Shown here one piece after another: positions 57,516 to 64,000 of a DNA stretch of 64,000 bases; within the stretch, counting starts at the first letter, position 1; each line of letters starts with the position of its first letter. Below the pieces are notes generated by a model. That model did no database searches. It had not been told where the DNA came from and was given only the letters and a program-made list of their open reading frames with translations. Source of the stretch: a virus. The stretch lies in the IMG/VR virus record IMGVR_UViG_3300025120_000017, positions 96,001 through 160,000 of that record; one strand, written 5' to 3'. A program made the position numbers and the translations under genes.

Positions 57516-58718
57516 CTAATTAGATTTATTAACTGGTTTCATACCTGTTCGGCGTTTAACATATTCCATTATTTCAGTATAAGAAACAGATTCAGGATAT
57601 TCAGGTTTTCCAGTAGTAGTTAAAGATTTCTTTTTGAAATCTGCAGTTATTGTAAAGCTTCCTGATGCCGGTGTAATTTTTAAAATATCACCGCTTACTG
57701 ATGCAGTAAATCTTTTAGGCTTTAAAAATGAACTAAAATGTTTAGATTCTTTATTTAAGAAATCTCCAAGAGCTGATGGAGATTTATCATGTTTAGATTC
57801 ATTAACCATTGATTCTTTTAATTTATCATAAAATCCAGAATATTCATCAGCGATGTCTTCACCATAATATTTATCCCATAGTTCAGCTATTTCACTTTTA
57901 GTAATACCTGCTTTATAATTTTTGCTGATGTCATCTATAAAAGATCCATACTCATTAGACATGTCTTCAGCATAAACTTCATCCCACACATTGAAGAGTT
58001 CTTTTATTTTATATTTCTTACCTTCATTAACCTTTGATTCATATGCACTGGTTCTTTTAAGTTTAACATTTTTAAAATATATAGGCAATAAATTATCATA
58101 GTCCCATACATCATAATCAATAATTTCACGCTTCTTTTTATTAATAACTAAGAATGCATTCTTTGTATCATCTCCGTAATCTTCATATCCTGAAACTAAA
58201 ATATGTTTAGGAGTTTCAGCCATTGGATTTTCTATTTGGCTATTATATGCATAAACAAATGTTCCTTTACGTTCATTTCCCCAGTATCTCTGTATTCCAG
58301 TGTCATATTCATCTCCGTCACCAAATTCTCTATTTAAGCCTTTTATATTATTATATCTTTTTTTGGCTTCATTAACATTTGATTCTTTGACTTTAGCATT
58401 TTTAAAATATATAGGCAATAATTTATCATAGCCCCAATGTTGATAATCAATGATATTACCTTTCTTTTTGTTAATGACTATATATACGTTCATTTCATCA
58501 TCCCCGCCTTGGTCAAATCCTGAAACTAAAATATGTTTAGGAGTTTCTGCTATAGGCTCTTCTATTGACCACTTAGACGCATAGATTCCACTATTACCTA
58601 GCCGTAATTTACCTGTGTATTCATCTTCATAGTCAACTTTTATGGTTTTGAGGCCTTCTATATCACTATATCTTTTTTTGGCTTCATTAATTAGTTTATG
58701 CTCGTCTAAACTTCTCAT
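57516..58718 (-). CDS. Putative internal head polyprotein, four modules
   Basis: MRSLDEHKLINE; linkers ESNVNE, ESKVNE, ESMVNE; modules 1 and 2 are paralogous. Confidence 0.7.
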   Translation of the reverse strand: MRSLDEHKLINEAKKRYSDIEGLKTIKVDYEDEYTGKLRLGNSGIYASKWSIEEPIAETPKHILVSGFDQGGDDEMNVYIVINKKKGNIIDYQHWGYDKLLPIYFKNAKVKESNVNEAKKRYNNIKGLNREFGDGDEYDTGIQRYWGNERKGTFVYAYNSQIENPMAETPKHILVSGYEDYGDDTKNAFLVINKKKREIIDYDVWDYDNLLPIYFKNVKLKRTSAYESKVNEGKKYKIKELFNVWDEVYAEDMSNEYGSFIDDISKNYKAGITKSEIAELWDKYYGEDIADEYSGFYDKLKESMVNESKHDKSPSALGDFLNKESKHFSSFLKPKRFTASVSGDILKITPASGSFTITADFKKKSLTTTGKPEYPESVSYTEIMEYVKRRTGMKPVNKSN

Positions 58719-58739
58719 TTTATTTGTTTTGTTTTGTTT

Positions 58740-59189
58740 TTAATATCTACCACGGTTAGGTCTAAATTTACCAACTTTTCTATCACCTTCTAAGTGTGCA
58801 ATTAATTCAGCCTCAGTTTCAAAATCAGTATATCCTAAAGGACTGGAATGATGTAAGATTGTGTATTGACCATTATCATCTATTCTTGCAAACCAATGTT
58901 CGTCACCAGCATTTATTGTTAATGTATCTCCTATTCTATCTTTATGTTTAGAGACCCGCTTACCTTTAGTTGCTTTACTATTTAAAATATTCTTCATATC
59001 CTTAGATTCTAATACCTTAATGTTTCCATTAATATATTGTCTAATATCATCTAATTTAGCAATAATTTCAAAAGATTTTGATTTATCTAATCCTGACTTT
59101 CTTAATACTTTCTCTACATTATCTATAGATTCATGCAAATCAAAGAATTTAGATTCATTAATTTCTTTATGTTCATTTAATGACTTCAT
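58740..59189 (-). CDS. Putative internal head protein
   Basis: MKSLNEHKEINE N-terminus; first gene after a late motif. Confidence 0.65.
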   Translation of the reverse strand: MKSLNEHKEINESKFFDLHESIDNVEKVLRKSGLDKSKSFEIIAKLDDIRQYINGNIKVLESKDMKNILNSKATKGKRVSKHKDRIGDTLTINAGDEHWFARIDDNGQYTILHHSSPLGYTDFETEAELIAHLEGDRKVGKFRPNRGRY

Positions 59190-59209
59190 TTTCTTTATCT
59201 ATTTTTTTG

Positions 59210-59218
59210 TATTTAATC
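59210..59218 (-). promoter_or_regulatory. Putative late promoter GATTAAATA heading the cargo-gene array
   Basis: 20 nt upstream of the ATG at 59189. Confidence 0.55.
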
Positions 59219-59800
59219 AATTTCTTCACTATCTGTAATATCATCATCTAAATCCTTTAACATATTTTTAGCATTAAGATATGTATTAGGTTTTACTTGA
59301 TTAACTTCGACATTTTGCGATTGCTGTTCAGAAAGTGGTAATTCTTGCTTAACTCTTTTAAAATCTTCTTGCATTGAAATTATATGTAGCTGAGTGTTCT
59401 TTAATAGTTCTATTATCGTGTTTTGGACACTGGTTGCAACTTCAAACATTCTTGGCTGCATATTTCCATTATCCATTTCATTAATGAGTTTGTTCATCAT
59501 ATGTTCACTCATTTTCAATTGCTGAAAAAGTGTCATTATGTTACTTGTTGCTACTGCGCTCTTTGCTTGTAAGAATTCATTCTTATTAATCATCTTTTCA
59601 TCAAAATATAGCTTAAGACAACTAATAACTGTTTTTTGTGCTTTCTTTCTTGCTTTATCTGTAATATCTCCAAGATTTAATGGTGCAACTGTAGTTACTT
59701 CAATATCAGGCAACTCATTATCATTACTTGCAAGACTTTGGTTTACTAAATCGTCTAAACTATCTTTAAGTTCTTTACCTAAGTCGTTTTTATTACTCAT
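59213..59800 (-). CDS. terS: Terminase small subunit (T4 gp16-like)
   Basis: Helical protein with QPRMFEVATSV, resembling the gp16 PR.(F/Y/M)EV motif; motif AATTAAATA at 59816-59824 upstream. Confidence 0.6.
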   Translation of the reverse strand: MSNKNDLGKELKDSLDDLVNQSLASNDNELPDIEVTTVAPLNLGDITDKARKKAQKTVISCLKLYFDEKMINKNEFLQAKSAVATSNIMTLFQQLKMSEHMMNKLINEMDNGNMQPRMFEVATSVQNTIIELLKNTQLHIISMQEDFKRVKQELPLSEQQSQNVEVNQVKPNTYLNAKNMLKDLDDDITDSEEID

Positions 59801-59823
59801 AATTTAATATTTGTATATTTAAT

Positions 59824-59860
59824 TTAATTCATATCTAGAGATATATTAGATATGTATTAA
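59824..59860 (-). terminator. Hairpin / possible terminator after the WYL gene
   Basis: catatcta/tagatatg stem extended by ttaat/attaa; no clear U-tract. Confidence 0.4.
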
Positions 59861-59876
59861 AGTACTTTTATTCATG

Positions 59877-60428
59877 TTATAATAATTCTATCAATCCTAG
59901 CTTAAACGCCTCATTAACAAGCTTTTCTTGATTATCTCTAATATCTTTAATATCAGCAGCTGTGATAATTCCGCCTTTCATTGCACTATCGCTTTCATTA
60001 TAATTAGATTCAGCAGTTCTAAAGAAACTTCCTGTAAAACTAAGTTCTTCAATATTAGCGGTTTTAAATAATCGCCAAACTTTTTTTGTATTTTTACCTA
60101 ATGACTTACTATTTCCTTTTAAATGAAATGCTCTTAGTAGGTTTTCATCATCTGCGTTTTTACCAAGAACCATAGGTTGAATAGTTCTTTTGGTTTTTAC
60201 ACCATCTTTTTCATAAGTCATTTCAAGAATCATTCCCCATTGTATTGCATCATATAATATCTGTTGATTATATCCAAAGTTTTTACCTACAGGCCAATCT
60301 TTAAAAACTCTATGATTAGTGTTTTTTGGTTTAAATCTAGGTACAAGTATTTTATCACCTTCATTAGTTTCATATACCTCAAACGCTTCAAGTAATAAAT
60401 ACTCTTTATATTCTTTTAAGCTTTTCAT
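59877..60428 (-). CDS. WYL-domain protein with capsid-targeting-like N-terminus
   Basis: MKSLKEYKEYLLLE; LEMTY..KRTIQPMVLG..LLRAF..WRLFKTANI. Confidence 0.7.
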   Translation of the reverse strand: MKSLKEYKEYLLLEAFEVYETNEGDKILVPRFKPKNTNHRVFKDWPVGKNFGYNQQILYDAIQWGMILEMTYEKDGVKTKRTIQPMVLGKNADDENLLRAFHLKGNSKSLGKNTKKVWRLFKTANIEELSFTGSFFRTAESNYNESDSAMKGGIITAADIKDIRDNQEKLVNEAFKLGLIELL

Positions 60429-60706
60429 TTATTCTTTTTTGATTTGATAAGATAGCATATTCCATTTATAATTGCTCTTATAAACCAATACACTGCAAAT
60501 AAAACTAAATATATAACTCCTATATAATAAATAACATCCCAAAAGTTTACCATTGATTCTATTTCTAAAACTCCATCAGTTCCTAACACTGCTCCAATTA
60601 TAAACATAAAGGAAAATACCTGAAGTCTAATAAAATGATTTATCCAAAATGCTTTAAAAATGTTTTTAATTTTCATAATACTCTTATTTATTTGATAAAT
60701 ATCCAA
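60425..60706 (-). CDS. Two-TM membrane protein
   Basis: Two hydrophobic helices; start may be the internal Met. Confidence 0.6.
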   Translation of the reverse strand: MDIYQINKSIMKIKNIFKAFWINHFIRLQVFSFMFIIGAVLGTDGVLEIESMVNFWDVIYYIGVIYLVLFAVYWFIRAIINGICYLIKSKKNK

Positions 60707-62423
60707 GATAGCTTAGCGGATAGCAATCATCAATAATGTATCCTTTACTATCTTCTCTGAATATTAATTTATTAAATGATGTTGGTTGATTTTCAACTGT
60801 CATCACGTCTTTTAAAAATCTTATACTTGCAATTTCATCGTTACTTGCATATAAGCCTACATCCCATTTAGGTCCAAATGCTGTAGGCTTAATAGTTGAT
60901 TCATATACTATAGACATTTTTGTGGTTTTATTTACAAGATCTTGTCTTTTCCAAATTCTTAAAGTAAGTTCATCATATGTTACATTATTACCTATATATA
61001 TGCCATACCATTCATTATTAGGTAAGTTAAATGACCATGTGTTACTGCCAATCTCTAATCCTGTAAATGCTGTTTCTGTTCCTATTACATTAACAAGAGT
61101 TTGGCCACCAAATAACTTAACAGTAGCAGAAGGTTGATATAATGTCCCAGTAACTCTAGGTTTCATATAATACCAAAACATTAAACAAAAATTACTGCTA
61201 GTATCTATAGAATTTTGATAAGTTATTAAAGGATCACTTACAGTAGATGCAGTTGCACCTGCCATGCCTGTTGCTCCTATTCCACTACTTTCATTAACAC
61301 CTTTACTCAGTGATGATTTAGGAAATGATAAATCATATTGAAATTTACTAAATACTGTATAATAATTATTTAGGTTTCTTTCTATAACACCTACTTTTTC
61401 CCAATCTGTGTTAATAGTTTCCCTGCAATTATCACTATCACCAATTCTTCTAACCGTGTATTGTTGTGGCTTAACTATATCTATTTCTTCAGCTGCTTTA
61501 ATTGTATCAAATCCAACATCTTCAAAGTTTAATGTAAGATCATCAATTGCTTTTTGTGTATCACTATCTTTTACTATGCTATCAGACTCAGTCCATTTTA
61601 TTAAGCTTGCTTTCCACCACTGTACTTGTCTCATAAATCCTTTGTGAGATTGTACTGAATTTAATCTATACATTCTACGCTCTAATGGAAAATACAGAAA
61701 ATCTTTTTCAGCAGGCTGTTCACCTGCTCCAAATGATGCCCAAAAACTTTCCTTATGTATTTGGATTTCTAACTCATCCGCAAAGTCTACATCAAACTCG
61801 GTAAATTGAAATTCACCAGACCCGAAATCATTATCAGGCACAATTACTTTAATTTTTTTACAGTCTCTAACTTTTAATAGTGACCATTCTTTAAAAATAA
61901 CATCTCGACTTTCTTCTATTTCATCAGCTTTAAAATATAATACAGGCCATCCCATATTATTAAACACTGAGCATGTTAAATTTTCAAACCAAGGTAATCC
62001 ACTTAATGCTGTGCTATATAGTGCAGATGTATTACAATTAGCAAGAAATGAATTATCTCCACTATTTGTTCCACATGCAGTTATAGTACAAGCGCATGAT
62101 CCATTTTCACCTAATTTACCTCCTTCCCATTCAATTTTTAAAGAAGTTACGGTTATATCAACATCAGATTTAACCCTAAATCCAAGCCAAGTAAATTCAT
62201 TAGTAAATGCAGGAGAGTTAGGTGCAGGCCATGATTTCCATTCTGTCCATGTATCACCATCTTTACTAAACCTATATTCAGTGGTTAAAGTAGATGATGT
62301 AGGAGTAACAGCAAATCCTATATTAAAAAGCGATGTTAAATTTTGAATTGCTTCGGTTAGTTCAATAACAAGCCATTCATTAGCTTTAATCGCTTTGCTT
62401 ATATCAATTATATATGAATTCAT
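60684..62423 (-). CDS. Neck / head-closure protein (T4 gp14-like core) with N- and C-terminal extensions
   Basis: DVIFKE, LEIQIHKESF, PAEKDFLYFP..RMYRLNSV; LamG-like C-terminus (FCLMFW, NEWYGIYI). Confidence 0.7.
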   Translation of the reverse strand: MNSYIIDISKAIKANEWLVIELTEAIQNLTSLFNIGFAVTPTSSTLTTEYRFSKDGDTWTEWKSWPAPNSPAFTNEFTWLGFRVKSDVDITVTSLKIEWEGGKLGENGSCACTITACGTNSGDNSFLANCNTSALYSTALSGLPWFENLTCSVFNNMGWPVLYFKADEIEESRDVIFKEWSLLKVRDCKKIKVIVPDNDFGSGEFQFTEFDVDFADELEIQIHKESFWASFGAGEQPAEKDFLYFPLERRMYRLNSVQSHKGFMRQVQWWKASLIKWTESDSIVKDSDTQKAIDDLTLNFEDVGFDTIKAAEEIDIVKPQQYTVRRIGDSDNCRETINTDWEKVGVIERNLNNYYTVFSKFQYDLSFPKSSLSKGVNESSGIGATGMAGATASTVSDPLITYQNSIDTSSNFCLMFWYYMKPRVTGTLYQPSATVKLFGGQTLVNVIGTETAFTGLEIGSNTWSFNLPNNEWYGIYIGNNVTYDELTLRIWKRQDLVNKTTKMSIVYESTIKPTAFGPKWDVGLYASNDEIASIRFLKDVMTVENQPTSFNKLIFREDSKGYIIDDCYPLSYLGYLSNK

Positions 62424-62426
62424 TTA

Positions 62427-62459
62427 AGGGCTATTCTTTTATTATTTAATAAGTGCCCT
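62427..62459 (-). promoter_or_regulatory. TATTAAATA (62443-62451) enclosed by an AGGGC/GCCCT stem ending 3 nt before the ATG
   Basis: Motif 19 nt upstream of the ATG at 62423. Confidence 0.6.
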
Positions 62460-62469
62460 AGAAAAAGGA

Positions 62470-63012
62470 TTATATTTTTTTTGCTCTATTAAGTTTATTC
62501 TTCTCAATAAATTGTTTAGCAATATCAGGCTCAGTATGTGGAATTTTTAAAAATTCCTTGTGTGAAGTAAATAGGCTATACATATAACATTCTTCATTGG
62601 ATATTACATGATGATTAACATCTTTAGGTATTATATAAATATCTCCTTTATTTAAGGTAACTTTTGATATTCTATCATATGCTTGACCTTCAAGAATCTT
62701 AATTACTTCCCATTCTTTTGAATGTACGTGTGGTGCAATATATGAATTTTTTGAATAATATGTTAACACAGATCGGTATTCATCAGATAAATGTAATCCC
62801 ATAGTAGATACGCCTCTTGATACATTTAACGGCAAATCTGTCCATCTATTTTTTACTATATTAAAATCTAATGAAGTTACGTCTTGAAAATTTGCATTAA
62901 TATTTTGAATTGCATTTTCTATCCTAAGACATGATGCAACTGCCTCTGCATATGTAGCATTACATTGCTTTCCTGTTAAAATATTCCAAATGTTTTTTGC
63001 AAATATTCCCAT
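62470..63012 (-). CDS. Cupin-domain protein
   Basis: PHVHSKEWEVIKILEG..LNKGDIYIIPKDVNH. Confidence 0.85.
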   Translation of the reverse strand: MGIFAKNIWNILTGKQCNATYAEAVASCLRIENAIQNINANFQDVTSLDFNIVKNRWTDLPLNVSRGVSTMGLHLSDEYRSVLTYYSKNSYIAPHVHSKEWEVIKILEGQAYDRISKVTLNKGDIYIIPKDVNHHVISNEECYMYSLFTSHKEFLKIPHTEPDIAKQFIEKNKLNRAKKI

Positions 63013-63016
63013 TTTA

Positions 63017-63277
63017 TTATTTATTTCCTAGCTTTATCTTAATCTCGTTAAGTAATGCTAATGCCTCTTTTCTAAACTGTTTTTCTTCATCACTCTCATT
63101 GCCTAATTCATTTGCTTTTGATTCCCAAAGAGTTGTTAGCTTTATAACTGCATTAGATAAAGCAGTTTTATCTTCCTCTGATTTAATAAGACGCTTTTGT
63201 AACCACCATATCACTATTCCCATTATTACAATAACAGGCGCTTGATCTAATAACCACCCTAGTATGCCTTCATTCAT
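63017..63277 (-). CDS. Single-TM plus coiled-coil membrane protein (holin-like)
   Basis: N-terminal TM followed by a charged helix; late motif upstream. Confidence 0.55.
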   Translation of the reverse strand: MNEGILGWLLDQAPVIVIMGIVIWWLQKRLIKSEEDKTALSNAVIKLTTLWESKANELGNESDEEKQFRKEALALLNEIKIKLGNK

Positions 63278-63295
63278 CTGTTAAAAGATTTTTAA

Positions 63296-63304
63296 TATTT
63301 AATA
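63296..63304 (-). promoter_or_regulatory. Putative late promoter TATTAAATA
   Basis: 18 nt upstream of the ATG at 63277. Confidence 0.6.
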
Positions 63305-63314
63305 AAGAACTGTA

Positions 63315-63503
63315 TCATGAAAATATCTCTATTAAACAAAGTGCACCCATGATTGATATAAATGCGCCTATCCCATTAGCAATAAATGTAGCCATAGGAG
63401 AATCATCTGCATCTTCTTGGTATCTTGATACGTTATAACCTAAGTATATACATATTATAAAAAAAATAAATTTAAAAGCATTGAAAATAATTAAACTAGT
63501 CAT
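63315..63503 (-). CDS. Small two-TM protein
   Basis: 62 aa, two hydrophobic segments, ATGA overlap. Confidence 0.55.
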   Translation of the reverse strand: MTSLIIFNAFKFIFFIICIYLGYNVSRYQEDADDSPMATFIANGIGAFISIMGALCLIEIFS

Positions 63504-63790
63504 ATTAATTCTTTTTTAAGGTTTCTGAAGCTTTTTAATAACCAAATCCTAAAGCCTTGACTAAAAATAGGTTCATATATTTGAAGTGCATCATAAAAAT
63601 CTACGCTTTGCTTATCAAATATTTCAATTAATTCATGGTGAGGTAAGCCTTTACTATTTTCTATAAGTTCTTTAGTTTTAATTACATATAGACATATCTT
63701 CATTATAAATGCGCTTGATACTACCTCAGTTTCTTCTAATAAATTTAATACTTTATCAAAAGATGTCCCTGTTTTATGCTTAAACTCCAT
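63500..63790 (-). CDS. Hypothetical protein
   Basis: 96-aa ORF. Confidence 0.6.
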   Translation of the reverse strand: MEFKHKTGTSFDKVLNLLEETEVVSSAFIMKICLYVIKTKELIENSKGLPHHELIEIFDKQSVDFYDALQIYEPIFSQGFRIWLLKSFRNLKKELI

Positions 63791-63806
63791 ATATTATTTA
63801 TTACAC

Positions 63807-63840
63807 TGAAAACTCTGCCTATTTTTAGACAGAGTTTTCA
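63807..63840 (-). terminator. Stem-loop (possible terminator or processing site)
   Basis: tgaaaactctg/cagagttttca 11-bp stem, extendable with a G-U pair on the minus strand; no U-tract. Confidence 0.55.
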
Positions 63841-63858
63841 ATATAATAAATATTTTAA

Positions 63859-63999
63859 TTAGTGTGCTTTAAGACTAGATTCTTTATTAGCCTGTAATAG
63901 CTTACCTTTTAATGTTAATGCAACTAATTTAGTATGAGAGCTCATAGAATCAGCTTTTTCACCAATCCAAGATAAATATCCTATAACATCATTATGTGA
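63859..63999 (-). CDS. 3' end of a gene starting beyond the window
   Basis: Open frame ...SHNDVIGYLSWIGEK...ESSLKAH*. Confidence 0.55.
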   Translation of the reverse strand, partial: SHNDVIGYLSWIGEKADSMSSHTKLVALTLKGKLLQANKESSLKAH

Positions 64000-64000
64000 T

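Noticed and set aside
1952-63245. Many short ORFs in the track antisense to, or nested in, long genes (e.g. 1952..2347, 4946..5323, 17665..18045, 29091..29375, 46265..46492)
   Set aside because: Shadow frames of well-supported genes, with biased composition and no motifs.
63273-63322. Gate hairpin around the motif at 63296
   Set aside because: Only short interrupted pairing (TTCAT/ATGAA, GTT/AAC); too weak to claim.
1-64000. Stop-codon recoding, tRNA genes or CRISPR arrays
   Set aside because: Standard code gives dense intact genes ending in TAA, TGA and TAG; intergenic gaps are short and I saw no cloverleaf or spaced repeats by eye (tRNAscan not run).

Overview
AT-rich, gene-dense 64 kb segment of a large T4-like (myovirus/jumbo-type) phage genome, mostly encoded on the minus strand. 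A Bacteroidota host is plausible but inferred only from the lack of Shine-Dalgarno sequences, A-rich leaders and the protein families present. It contains: (i) baseplate/neck genes (gp6-, gp7-, gp25-, gp13-, gp5-, gp27-, gp53-, gp48-, gp14-like) with an amidoligase and a 4-domain ribosomal protein S1 homolog embedded among them; (ii) a fibre/adhesin operon (collagen fibre, DUF285/BspA-like repeat protein, C1q-like fibre) and two spike paralogs with an identical N-terminus; (iii) a DNA-modification-like cluster (two T4 beta-glucosyltransferase-like proteins flanking an atypical C5-methyltransferase, a cytidylyltransferase and a HAD-kinase fusion), followed by GT2/GT32, UvsE and NrdAB; (iv) large and small terminase-like genes about 12 kb apart. 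Three patterns go beyond the gene list. First, 12 otherwise unrelated genes share a T4 capsid-targeting-like N-terminus (M-K/R-S-L/Y-x-E/K/N/D-F/Y/H...L/I-x-E); several look like polyproteins with ES-x-V-N-E or ES-V/I-N-E linkers, and the cargo includes a nuclease, a WYL domain and a ParB-like domain. Second, a late-promoter-like motif NA(T/A)TAAATA sits 15-21 nt before 11 start codons. Third, at several of these sites the motif lies in the loop of a hairpin that occludes the start region. All functional calls come from reading motifs by eye; no database searches were run.
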